This document shows positions 19,230 to 27,781 of a stretch of 64,000 nucleotides of DNA, one piece after another (within the stretch, counting starts at the first letter, position 1; each line of letters begins with the position of its first letter). The notes beneath the pieces were generated by a model. That model was not told the DNA's origin, made no database searches, and saw nothing but the letters and a program-made list of their open reading frames with translations. Origin of the DNA: a virus; the IMG/VR virus record IMGVR_UViG_3300032291_003205, positions 38,224 through 102,223 of that record; one strand, 5' to 3'. Made by a program: the position numbers and the translations under genes.

Positions 19230-19741
19230 AAAAGTTATTTAATAAATTATTTAAAAGAAAAAAAGAGAAGACTCACTTCTACCCAACAGACGTTTGGTCT
19301 GAAATTGCTGAAAAATATCATATTAGAGAACAATTGTGGAATTTGTTTAAATCTTTACAAGATGTTTATGAGATTGGTTCCGGTATTGTAATCTATGGTG
19401 AAATTTATGGTCCTGGTATTCAAAAGAACTATGACTATGGTTTGAAAGAAATTGAATATGCTGGATTTGATATGACTATTAATGGTGAATACACACCATG
19501 TAGTACTAGTTTTATGTATCATGATATGTTGGGTTTAAAATATGTACCTGTTTTGGCTGCTGATACTTGGTCTCAAGAATTACAAGAAAGATATATGTTT
19601 GATAAAATCGAAGGAACTAAAGTACCACATGAAGGTGTTGTAATTAAATCTATGGATGGTGACAGACGTAAAGTAGCTAAAATAATCAATCCAGAATATT
19701 TGATTTACGGTGAAAAAAATAACGTAGGAGATTCACACTAA
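19226..19741 (+). CDS. RNA ligase (DRB0094 / Rnl2-like family), C-terminal half
   Basis: Motifs III IYGEIYGPGIQKNY, IIIa AGFD, IV HEGVVIK, V AKIINPEYL. Confidence 0.85.
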   Translation: MKKLFNKLFKRKKEKTHFYPTDVWSEIAEKYHIREQLWNLFKSLQDVYEIGSGIVIYGEIYGPGIQKNYDYGLKEIEYAGFDMTINGEYTPCSTSFMYHDMLGLKYVPVLAADTWSQELQERYMFDKIEGTKVPHEGVVIKSMDGDRRKVAKIINPEYLIYGEKNNVGDSH

Positions 19742-19753
19742 AAATAAAACAAA

Positions 19754-20122
19754 ATGATAACAGGAGAACAACCTAAACTATTAGTTGCCATTGATGAAAA
19801 TGGCAACATAGGTCTTGATGAAAATCAAGCTGAATTGATGGGCTTAATTGAAAAAGAATTTAATTGGAAATTAGTTCGTGAACGTGATGGTCTAACTAAT
19901 CAATCTAAAGATATTAAATGGATTGAGTGGAATGAGGAAGGTAGATATAAAGCTGACCATAAAGAACCAGCAGTGGGACGAGCATTACTTATGTCTCCAT
20001 TTAATGATTTTTTTACTTGGATGACAACAGATATTACAGAAATCGTGGAAGAGCGAGAGGATTATATTAAATTCAAGACACGAAATAGTAATTATGAATT
20101 ATGGAAACTAAAAAACGATTAA
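19754..20122 (+). CDS. Hypothetical protein
   Basis: Ends FKTRNSNYEL, a common phage motif. Confidence 0.65.
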   Translation: MITGEQPKLLVAIDENGNIGLDENQAELMGLIEKEFNWKLVRERDGLTNQSKDIKWIEWNEEGRYKADHKEPAVGRALLMSPFNDFFTWMTTDITEIVEEREDYIKFKTRNSNYELWKLKND

Positions 20123-20421
20123 GTAGAGAACAAAAATGGGAAAAGGCAGTTATTGATTTAATTAACGAAATGTTTATCATGGCTGGTCATGAAGTTACTT
20201 TTGATGACATCAAAGATAGAAAAGATAACTGGTTTCAGCAATGGACTATGACTATGCAACAATACGAGGACTGGAAATTATGGGGTAAAAAATACCTTAT
20301 GAAAAATTTAAGACTTAGTGCTAAAAACGCTGAAAGAGAGATGATGTGGGTAGGATTACAGTGGGGTCTTAAATGTAGTGATTATGAAGAATATTGTAAA
20401 AAACGGGAAGATGAGAATTAA
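20101..20421 (+). CDS. Hypothetical protein
   Basis: ORF in operon. Confidence 0.6.
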   Translation: METKKRLSREQKWEKAVIDLINEMFIMAGHEVTFDDIKDRKDNWFQQWTMTMQQYEDWKLWGKKYLMKNLRLSAKNAEREMMWVGLQWGLKCSDYEEYCKKREDEN

Positions 20422-20554
20422 AACACATACCACAGAAATGTACCAATCAGTATTTATTACACCAAACATATGGGTAACATGGAATCATCTTTATGTTACA
20501 GTAATTTTTGGTTGGTTGAAATGGACTTACGATATTGATTTTTATAAAAAATGA
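20411..20554 (+). CDS. Small hypothetical protein (GWLKW motif; not in ORF track)
   Basis: MRIKTHTTEM...FGWLKWTY; similar to 21586..21756. Confidence 0.5.
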   Translation: MRIKTHTTEMYQSVFITPNIWVTWNHLYVTVIFGWLKWTYDIDFYKK

Positions 20555-20751
20555 TGACACAACAGGAATTTGAACAACATAGACAAACATGGATCAAAGA
20601 GTGGTCTGATAAATGGAGATTACTTGACATTGACTTTGAAATGTATATGATAATGAAAGGTATGGCACCTGAGGAATATAGAGCAATGAATGAGGCAAGT
20701 TGGGATAAGAATGAACTTATTGATGATGAGTGGGGTGAAACCTTTATTTAA
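20551..20751 (+). CDS. Hypothetical protein
   Basis: ORF. Confidence 0.55.
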   Translation: MMTQQEFEQHRQTWIKEWSDKWRLLDIDFEMYMIMKGMAPEEYRAMNEASWDKNELIDDEWGETFI

Positions 20752-20758
20752 AACAGAT

Positions 20759-20789
20759 TTGGCTTTCTGAGGGATTTTTCGTATATTCA
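20759..20789 (+). promoter_or_regulatory. Promoter TTG-N20-TATATTCA
   Basis: Repeated motif. Confidence 0.7.
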
Positions 20790-20808
20790 CGTTATAGAAA
20801 TAAAGGTT

Positions 20809-20994
20809 ATGAACAAATTTAATAAAATCAGTAGAGACAAATGGAATCAATTGAAAAACATTTCTGATATGTTTGAAGTAGTTGGTTATCAATATGGTAA
20901 GAATGTTGTTTACAATGAAGTAAAAGTATGGTGTAGAGATAAGTGGGATAACATTAGATATAGTCACGTAGCAATTAATGAAAACTGGTATTAA
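20809..20994 (+). CDS. Hypothetical protein
   Basis: ORF after AAAGGTT-ATG. Confidence 0.6.
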   Translation: MNKFNKISRDKWNQLKNISDMFEVVGYQYGKNVVYNEVKVWCRDKWDNIRYSHVAINENWY

Positions 20995-20995
20995 T

Positions 20996-21274
20996 ATGAA
21001 AAATAAAGCATTTAAAACAACAGTAGAACTAGGTTACAACGATGGTTTTCATATGACATTTGAGAACGGTTGCACTATTAGCGTTCAGTTCGGCAAGCAC
21101 ACCTATAGTGATGCTGGTGAAACAACAGCAGAAGTAGCTGCTTGGGATAATCAAGGGAATTGGTTGATGACTGATGGAGAGAGATGGTTTGAGATTGTAG
21201 ATGGAAGTGATGTTATGCCTCGTCAAACAGCAAGTGATGTTGCTAAATTAATCTACACTTTAAGTCAATGGTAA
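20996..21274 (+). CDS. Hypothetical protein
   Basis: FENGCTISVQFG...AEVA phage family motif. Confidence 0.65.
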   Translation: MKNKAFKTTVELGYNDGFHMTFENGCTISVQFGKHTYSDAGETTAEVAAWDNQGNWLMTDGERWFEIVDGSDVMPRQTASDVAKLIYTLSQW

Positions 21275-21275
21275 T

Positions 21276-21599
21276 ATGGAAATAGATCAATATAGAAGAG
21301 TAGCATTAGAAATTATTCATGAATATTATTATGCACTGCCTAATAATGGTTCATTAAATCATGGGCTTATGAGCTGTGATAGACGTTATAAAGAAGCAAT
21401 ACAATGTGCTTTAATAGGTGTTAAACGACTTATTCTAACTTTAGAATTTATATCAACAGAATCAAATGATCCCAGGATTATGAGCAGAATAAATATCTAT
21501 GACAAGGTACAGGATGAATTATATAAAATGCAAGCCGATAATAGTAAAGTAACATTAGATGAACTTCCTAAAGTATTTAACAGCAATGAGCAACAATAA
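21276..21599 (+). CDS. Hypothetical protein
   Basis: ORF. Confidence 0.6.
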   Translation: MEIDQYRRVALEIIHEYYYALPNNGSLNHGLMSCDRRYKEAIQCALIGVKRLILTLEFISTESNDPRIMSRINIYDKVQDELYKMQADNSKVTLDELPKVFNSNEQQ

Positions 21600-21756
21600 A
21601 ATTAAAATTAAGTTTGAGTATTTTGAAAATATAGTAGAAATACTTCCTACAATTTATTACTACAGACAATCTTTTAGGGAAAGATTTGGGAAGGGTGTTA
21701 TTGTAATAGGTTGGTTAAAATGGGGTATTGTAATTTATAAAACCAATGAGCAATAA
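21586..21756 (+). CDS. Small hypothetical protein (MSNNK start)
   Basis: ORF. Confidence 0.5.
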   Translation: MSNNKIKIKFEYFENIVEILPTIYYYRQSFRERFGKGVIVIGWLKWGIVIYKTNEQ

Positions 21757-21961
21757 TATGAAAACAGTAAACATGAGTGAAGATGCATTAGGTAATGTAT
21801 TTGAGGATTTAAATTTCTTATCTAGATTGATGGATGACATGGTTTCAGATTTACACAATGTAAAGGGCGGTCAACAAGCAAGACACAGTTATATGCTTTA
21901 TAGAGAGTATATGTGGAAAATTAAAGCTGAATTGAAAAAAGGTATACAAGAAAAACCATGA
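21746..21961 (+). CDS. Small hypothetical protein (MSNN start)
   Basis: ORF. Confidence 0.55.
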   Translation: MSNNMKTVNMSEDALGNVFEDLNFLSRLMDDMVSDLHNVKGGQQARHSYMLYREYMWKIKAELKKGIQEKP

Positions 21962-22173
21962 GTAAATTAAGTAAAGAAATGATATTGCCTTTGGCATCAA
22001 TGTTCACAGGTCCTTATACAGAAGAAGTAAAACAATCAATGGAATCATTTGATTGGAGTGAATCTAATTACTATAATCCATCAACACCTAAAGGTCCAAT
22101 GACTAAAAAGCAGGTTAAGGTTAGAAACAAAAATAAAGCCGCTCGTAAAGCTAGAAAGAAAAATAGGAAATAA
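21958..22173 (+). CDS. Small protein with basic C-terminus
   Basis: RNKNKAARKARKKNRK. Confidence 0.6.
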   Translation: MSKLSKEMILPLASMFTGPYTEEVKQSMESFDWSESNYYNPSTPKGPMTKKQVKVRNKNKAARKARKKNRK

Positions 22174-22178
22174 GAGTT

Positions 22179-22640
22179 ATGAATAAATGTAATTACTGTA
22201 ATAAGGAAACACATAATTCTTGGAGTTATCACTCAATGATTTTGCCTCGTGAAGAAATGGAGCAAAAGATTGATAAATGGGGTAGATTAAGTTGGTGGGA
22301 ACATATGAAACGAACTGATTTAACTGAAGATGAAACCAAAGAACTAGAACAATTATCCTTTTATGACCAGATGCTTAATACAGTAGGTAGAGGTTATCAG
22401 TGTGATGATTGTGCTAAATTAGAAAATAAATTATATAATAAGTACTATCCTGAACAATCTGGTTACCCTGAACAACCAGTATTCCCTTCAATTACTTTAA
22501 AAGAACGAATAGTAGGGGTATTAAAAATACATTCTATTGAAAAACCAGAAGATTGGTCTTACATCATCGAACAACGTGACTTTGAAGAATTAGCAGATAA
22601 TTTAATAAAATGTTTTGAACAATTTGGAAGTTCAAAATAG
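22179..22640 (+). CDS. Hypothetical protein with two CxxC pairs
   Basis: CNYC...CDDC. Confidence 0.6.
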   Translation: MNKCNYCNKETHNSWSYHSMILPREEMEQKIDKWGRLSWWEHMKRTDLTEDETKELEQLSFYDQMLNTVGRGYQCDDCAKLENKLYNKYYPEQSGYPEQPVFPSITLKERIVGVLKIHSIEKPEDWSYIIEQRDFEELADNLIKCFEQFGSSK

Positions 22641-22654
22641 GGTTCGTATATTGA
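22624..22654 (+). promoter_or_regulatory. Promoter TTG-N20-TATATTGA
   Basis: Repeated motif. Confidence 0.65.
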
Positions 22655-22675
22655 CGACATAAAGGAATTAAGATT

Positions 22676-22864
22676 ATGGATAATAAAAACGATTTTCAAG
22701 TCTACGCTTTAGAATATGTAGATGCAGATACAAAAAATTATAGACATTGGGCAGAAGGATTAACATTGTACATTGTTAAAGATGGAGTTACAATGAAACT
22801 AAATTCAGAAGAAATTCAACAGGTAGCTAAAGCATTACCCGAAACAGTAGGAGGAAAATGGTAA
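22676..22864 (+). CDS. Hypothetical protein
   Basis: ORF ending TVGGKW. Confidence 0.55.
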   Translation: MDNKNDFQVYALEYVDADTKNYRHWAEGLTLYIVKDGVTMKLNSEEIQQVAKALPETVGGKW

Positions 22865-23070
22865 TGAGCAACAATAAACAAACATCAGTAGAACAGTTAT
22901 TCCATAAGCTATGGGATACACCAAAGGATAAATTCACTTGGTATGCTATATTAGAGGAGCATATGGCAATGCACAAAAAAGAATGTGTTAATTTATTGAA
23001 CAAACACAACGATATTTTTTATACATCTGAGGACCATTACAATCAAACATTTGGAGATGATAAGCAATAA
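22864..23070 (+). CDS. Small hypothetical protein (MSNNKQTSV...TFGDDKQ family)
   Basis: Same family as 17625..17927. Confidence 0.65.
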   Translation: MSNNKQTSVEQLFHKLWDTPKDKFTWYAILEEHMAMHKKECVNLLNKHNDIFYTSEDHYNQTFGDDKQ

Positions 23071-23215
23071 AATAGACAACACAATAGGAATGACATGGGA
23101 CGAATATGGTAATCCAATTCCAGTTATGGATGATGAACAAGCTATTACTGAATATAATAAGATGGAAGAGGAATGGGAGATGGACAACTATAATGAAATG
23201 AAAGACGAACAATGA
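23057..23215 (+). CDS. Small acidic protein (not in ORF track)
   Basis: 52 aa; ATGA overlap with next gene. Confidence 0.5.
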   Translation: MISNKIDNTIGMTWDEYGNPIPVMDDEQAITEYNKMEEEWEMDNYNEMKDEQ

Positions 23216-23673
23216 AAGTTTATAGACACAAACTAACTAAGGCAATCATGAGCGAACATGATTACAATCATTTATCAAGTTATGAACAGCAACAAATGGA
23301 AGTAACAGATAGAGTAACAGTTGCCGAACTAGACCAAATGTCCCGAGAAACATCTTACTGGGTAAGCAAACCAAATGATGGGGGAGAAAAATTGACAGGT
23401 GAGAATAATAATCCAGATAACACGGTGAAGGAGAAAACGTCGAAACAAAACAATACGGGAAAATATCCTGTTCCGGGTCAAATTTGGAAGCATTATAAGG
23501 GTGGACAGTATGAGATCATTGCAATGTGTAATCACACTGACACGGATGAGTCATTGGTGATTTATCGTTCATTGTCATTTGGAGGTTATCATGCTAGACC
23601 ATATAATGAATGGCATGATGAGGTATGGGATGGTTCTCTTTGTAAAACAAGATTTCAATTAGTATCATGGTAA
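23212..23673 (+). CDS. DUF1653 domain protein
   Basis: PGQIWKHYKGGQYEII...H...E.LVIYRSL...ARP. Confidence 0.8.
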   Translation: MKVYRHKLTKAIMSEHDYNHLSSYEQQQMEVTDRVTVAELDQMSRETSYWVSKPNDGGEKLTGENNNPDNTVKEKTSKQNNTGKYPVPGQIWKHYKGGQYEIIAMCNHTDTDESLVIYRSLSFGGYHARPYNEWHDEVWDGSLCKTRFQLVSW

Positions 23674-23885
23674 CAACATTTATAGTACTGGCAATCATAG
23701 GTTGGTTAATCAATCTCATATTTGGGATAGGAACAATAGTGGATGGGTGGAGAAATAAGGATAAAAAGATGTTCGAATTGGGTATATCGGTAACGGTAAT
23801 AGGATTAATCTTTGGTTTAGTAACGGGATGGGTATTATTGGGGGGAGTGATTAAGGAAAAATATATTGATAAACGTTTTAAATAA
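23667..23885 (+). CDS. Small membrane protein
   Basis: Two hydrophobic segments. Confidence 0.55.
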   Translation: MVTTFIVLAIIGWLINLIFGIGTIVDGWRNKDKKMFELGISVTVIGLIFGLVTGWVLLGGVIKEKYIDKRFK

Positions 23886-24265
23886 AATGAGCATGTGGAA
23901 ATTAATGAAGTTACTAAGTCTATTTAATGGGTTAAAAAGCATAATGCATGATTTAACACCGGATGAATTGGATGCATTAATAGACGAGGTAGCACATGTG
24001 TATGAGCGCTACAAATAAGCACTAATGTAATTATTGCTTTACAATGTTTATGTCCAATCACGAACGGGTGACAAACAATAACTATATAGATATACTAAGA
24101 TACTGATATTTGTATTGTATGTGATAAACAGACGCAACGGTGGAGAACATGAGATAAAAGGGGATGTAACCCCTTTTCCTCGCGCCCACAACCTAGAGTA
24201 CAAGTAAAGAAATATATACTATATCATTTAGAATCGCGACAAATGATAATTACTTTGCGATAGGG

Positions 24266-24296
24266 TTGGCTCCCCGACCCCGGGTTCGTATATTGA
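24266..24296 (+). promoter_or_regulatory. Promoter TTG-N20-TATATTGA (ATG 4 nt downstream)
   Basis: Repeated motif. Confidence 0.7.
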
Positions 24297-24300
24297 TGGT

Positions 24301-24582
24301 ATGGAAGCAATAAAGGTTTTAAATTTAACTCAATTAGAGGAACAAGTATTAAGTAGTTTAATCGCCCAACTATATGCTGAGGCTGGATTCAGTGATGTTG
24401 ATGCAAAGGACATTGCCCACCACATTAAAGTTGACATTAAGTCCGTCCGTGGGGCATTAGGTTCATTGGTGCGTAAAGGTATTATTGGTATTGATGGTAA
24501 TGATTCAGGTTACCAAATCATATACTTGAATGAGGCACATTGGAACTTACACCCACAATGGAGTAAAGAAATTGCCCAATAA
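24301..24582 (+). CDS. Winged-helix-like protein
   Basis: LTQLEEQVL...KDIA...SVRGALGSLVRKGII pattern. Confidence 0.55.
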   Translation: MEAIKVLNLTQLEEQVLSSLIAQLYAEAGFSDVDAKDIAHHIKVDIKSVRGALGSLVRKGIIGIDGNDSGYQIIYLNEAHWNLHPQWSKEIAQ

Positions 24583-24584
24583 AT

Positions 24585-24615
24585 TTGGCTCCCCAAGAAA
24601 CGATTCGTATATTCA
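24585..24615 (+). promoter_or_regulatory. Promoter TTG-N20-TATATTCA
   Basis: Repeated motif. Confidence 0.7.
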
Positions 24616-24634
24616 CGATATAGAAATAAAGGTT

Positions 24635-24829
24635 ATGTTAGAAAAAATGGTAGGTCAAGTTGCGAGTGTTAACAATTCACCTACATTGAGTGCTAAGTTA
24701 ATTAGTGTAGGTAATAAATGTGTATGGGAAGTAACTCCAAACCGTTACGGTGAGAGAGGTAATAACCGTGTGGGTGAGAAATTTACATTGCCAGCCTGGA
24801 TTAGTGGTAACTGTTTCTGGGGAGTATAA
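24635..24829 (+). CDS. Hypothetical protein
   Basis: Start after AAAGGTT-ATG. Confidence 0.6.
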   Translation: MLEKMVGQVASVNNSPTLSAKLISVGNKCVWEVTPNRYGERGNNRVGEKFTLPAWISGNCFWGV

Positions 24830-24836
24830 TATAAAT

Positions 24837-24917
24837 AGTCAGGTGACAGAAAGTTATTGTCCAATTGCCGATAATGTAAGTGATTGCGAATTACAGGTTC
24901 GAATCCTGTCCTGACTA
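24837..24917 (+). ncRNA. tRNA-like element / pseudo-tRNA
   Basis: Perfect acceptor stem AGTCAGG/CCTGACT and T arm ACAGG-TTCGAAT-CCTGT; D and anticodon arms non-canonical. Confidence 0.65.
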
Positions 24918-25299
24918 CTATGAAACAATTAATTAAACAAACCGTAATTGGAACCATGTACATGTTTGCCATTACCTCATTTATGGCGGTGGTAGTTGTT
25001 ACCCTGTATACGTTGGCCGGACGTTAGGACGGGGACGGGGGGTAGTACGTGGGTATGCCTGGCGGCATATATACCGCATGTATACGTAATAGGATACCAC
25101 GCGCGCCGTTGTCCATGCGGGCGTGTATATGGCGGAAAAGTGAATTAGCGTGAAAACTATATCGACTATAGGTACAACCCATCGACAAATATATACGAAT
25201 ATACGATTATATACGATCCCCCACAATGCGATTGCGTTTCCATATAGGGAAATTTTTACGGAAAGCCGTAAAAGCGATCCGAAAGTCTTTTAAAGAAAT

Positions 25300-25330
25300 T
25301 TGGCTATCGCAAGGTATATACGTATATTTA
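25300..25330 (+). promoter_or_regulatory. Promoter TTG-N20-TATATTTA
   Basis: Repeated motif. Confidence 0.65.
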
Positions 25331-25355
25331 TGTCATAATAATGATAATAAAGGTT

Positions 25356-25895
25356 ATGCAAGTTACAGAAAAAATAAATCACTTTGGTAAAGAAATTGAG
25401 GTATTAAAAAAAGGTTTGTTTGTTGACACTATTAAATTGTCCAATAAACAGAGCGATTTAGCTAAAAAAGAAAACAACGATTGTGTTGTTAGAGCATTTA
25501 TGGCTGCTTTAGATATTCCATATGATCAAGCACACGCTTGGATTAAAAAGAGTATGAACCGTGAAGACCGTAAAGGTACTTACACAGGTCAAGCCATTCA
25601 AAAAGTTGAAGGTAAAATAAAAAATGGTTATAAGCTTAGTTTTATGGGTGTAAACCCCGCTAAAACACATTGGAAAAAAATGACCGGAAGTAATAAAGTA
25701 TTAACTAACCCAAAATATAAAAAACAAACAGGATATACATTAAAGTCATTTATGGAAAATAATCCAGTTGGTCGTTTTGTATTAATCGTTCAAGGTCATG
25801 CTGTTGCAGTAGTAAACGGAGTATTATATGCTAACACAAACGAAAACGCTATTGGATTATATCGTTCAGTTTGGTTTGGTTGGAATTGTAAATAA
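25356..25895 (+). CDS. Hypothetical protein (NDCVVRA...GHA; possible papain-like Cys-His fold)
   Basis: Conserved Cys and His motifs. Confidence 0.55.
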   Translation: MQVTEKINHFGKEIEVLKKGLFVDTIKLSNKQSDLAKKENNDCVVRAFMAALDIPYDQAHAWIKKSMNREDRKGTYTGQAIQKVEGKIKNGYKLSFMGVNPAKTHWKKMTGSNKVLTNPKYKKQTGYTLKSFMENNPVGRFVLIVQGHAVAVVNGVLYANTNENAIGLYRSVWFGWNCK

Positions 25896-25903
25896 AAATA
25901 AAT

Positions 25904-25934
25904 TTGGCTCCCGCAGAGAGGGTTCGTATATTCA
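25904..25934 (+). promoter_or_regulatory. Promoter TTG-N20-TATATTCA
   Basis: Repeated motif. Confidence 0.7.
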
Positions 25935-25957
25935 CGACATAGAAATAAATAAAGGTT

Positions 25958-26137
25958 ATGAAAAATTTAGAAGTAGTAGAAGGTAATTTAAAAGCAGTTA
26001 AATCTCAAAGTGAGTTTGGTGGTCCAAACATGTGGGATCTTTACATAAAAAACGTTCATGGATATTACGATAAAGTCCAATGGATGGGTGTTGAAAGAAT
26101 TCAAGATTTTTTTACAACTAAATTACCAATATTTTAA
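25958..26137 (+). CDS. Small hypothetical protein (59 aa, not in ORF track)
   Basis: AAAGGTT-ATG start; MKNLEVVEGN... Confidence 0.6.
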   Translation: MKNLEVVEGNLKAVKSQSEFGGPNMWDLYIKNVHGYYDKVQWMGVERIQDFFTTKLPIF

Positions 26138-26141
26138 GGTT

Positions 26142-26489
26142 ATGATAAAAGATAATAGATTCCAGTACGACGAAAAAGGTAACCTAATTTTTATTGATTG
26201 GGGTAACGGTGCTTACAGTAAAAGAACCTACAACGAAAAAGGTGATATCATATATGATGAAGGTATCGGAAATAAAAGCCTAAAACCATTTTGGGTTCAA
26301 TGGGAAAGATATTACCATAAAGACGGAAGCCGAGAAATCTATCTAAAGGATAACACAGGTTATTGGTACGAGGAAAAAATCAATAAATGTGGTAGAGTTG
26401 TAGATCACGTAAACAGCTATTTAGCTAAAGCTAAAGACGTTAAGTTTAAAGGAGAAAAAGATTTGTACGGAAAAGTCATCCCTTGTTAA
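26142..26489 (+). CDS. YD-like repeat protein
   Basis: YDEKGNLI / YNEKGDII repeats. Confidence 0.6.
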   Translation: MIKDNRFQYDEKGNLIFIDWGNGAYSKRTYNEKGDIIYDEGIGNKSLKPFWVQWERYYHKDGSREIYLKDNTGYWYEEKINKCGRVVDHVNSYLAKAKDVKFKGEKDLYGKVIPC

Positions 26490-26495
26490 AAAGGG

Positions 26496-26526
26496 TTGGC
26501 TTCCGCAGATCCTGTTCGTATATTCA
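26496..26526 (+). promoter_or_regulatory. Promoter TTG-N20-TATATTCA
   Basis: Repeated motif. Confidence 0.7.
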
Positions 26527-26550
26527 CCGTGTTAAAGAAAAATAAAGGTT

Positions 26551-26754
26551 ATGGAAGATAAAGTTAAATTAAGTATCGTAATTCAAAGCATGTTAAATGA
26601 TGCTATGGTTGAAGTTCACCACCAAGAATTAATGGAAGAAGGTCAAGAACGTTTACGTTTTGTAAAGTATTTGATTCACCACTATTCAAATACAAACCAA
26701 GATATTATGGTGGATTTTGTTTATGAACAGTTTAAGAAATTTGATAATAAATAA
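26551..26754 (+). CDS. Hypothetical protein
   Basis: ORF. Confidence 0.6.
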   Translation: MEDKVKLSIVIQSMLNDAMVEVHHQELMEEGQERLRFVKYLIHHYSNTNQDIMVDFVYEQFKKFDNK

Positions 26755-26855
26755 TATGCAAACAATAGCAACACTATTAATCCTAGGTCTTATTTGGTTA
26801 TCAGCATTTGCTTATTCCAAGTACCGTAATGACAATTTTAACCCATACAAATAAT

Positions 26856-27041
26856 ATGACACCAAAAGAAAAAGCAAAAGAGTTAATACGACAATTTTAT
26901 TCAGTCGGCGCTATTGAATGCAAACAATGTGCATTAATTGCAGTTGATGAAATACTAAATGTAACAGCAGGATTAAATGGTTGGATAGGTGGTTTTCAGT
27001 CTTATTGGGAAGAAGTAAAACAAGAAATAGAAAAACTATGA
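26856..27041 (+). CDS. Small phage protein (MTPKEKAKEL...CALIAVDEI...YWEEVKQEIEKL family)
   Basis: Recognisable family; start uncertain. Confidence 0.65.
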   Translation: MTPKEKAKELIRQFYSVGAIECKQCALIAVDEILNVTAGLNGWIGGFQSYWEEVKQEIEKL

Positions 27042-27409
27042 AAATAAGAATAGAAAATATTGAATGCAGGTTTAGCCAAAACCAATATGAGTTTGTTAGA
27101 TGGTACCCAAATAAGTACTATGGAACAAAAGCACAACTTATAGCCGAAGGATATAAACTTCATAATATCCATGATGATAATTTTATATTAACAAAAGGTA
27201 ATCATACCATACATGATTCTTGTTTCCTAAATCCGGAAAGTTGTTACGTAATAGCCACTATTGTTTACGACAAAAAAGAATATTATACCGAAATAAAATC
27301 TGTTGGAAACCGTTTGTTAGGCCTAACCAAAAAAGAAAGAAACTATTTCTTTGAAGTTTATCAATACGCGGATAAACAAATTAAAAAAGAAAATAAAAAC
27401 AATGACTAA
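27038..27409 (+). CDS. Hypothetical protein
   Basis: ATGA overlap start. Confidence 0.6.
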   Translation: MKIRIENIECRFSQNQYEFVRWYPNKYYGTKAQLIAEGYKLHNIHDDNFILTKGNHTIHDSCFLNPESCYVIATIVYDKKEYYTEIKSVGNRLLGLTKKERNYFFEVYQYADKQIKKENKNND

Positions 27410-27587
27410 CCAAGACTATAAATCCCAACTTTCGGCCCTCAAATCCACCCTCGAAATTATGCTTCTCGAGGGCGACAAAAAGGGTAAAGAAATTTCCGTT
27501 GCCTATGAGTGTGGATTGTATATCGGTACAATAAAAGCTGTCATTACCCAACTTTCCGAGCTAATTGATGACTCAAGCAGTAATTAA
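27402..27587 (+). CDS. Hypothetical protein
   Basis: ORF. Confidence 0.5.
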   Translation: MTNQDYKSQLSALKSTLEIMLLEGDKKGKEISVAYECGLYIGTIKAVITQLSELIDDSSSN

Positions 27588-27598
27588 TTTATTAATTA

Positions 27599-27781
27599 AT
27601 GACTCACAAAGTAATTAATATAATCCAGGGTAGTCCTCAATGTATGGACTCTATTAAGTCCGTCCCATGTGATGACTACAAGGCACGTTTTGAGGCGTTT
27701 ATACGCGTTAAACATGGTATTATATTAACTACCTACATTGATTGGCCCAAGGTAGCACAAACCATTAACACTGCATTATGA
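27599..27781 (+). CDS. Hypothetical protein
   Basis: ORF. Confidence 0.45.
   Translation: MTHKVINIIQGSPQCMDSIKSVPCDDYKARFEAFIRVKHGIILTTYIDWPKVAQTINTAL

Noticed and set aside
24999-25226. 75-aa minus-strand ORF in the GC-rich island
   Set aside because: Composition unlike the genes here; better explained as a cis-acting site
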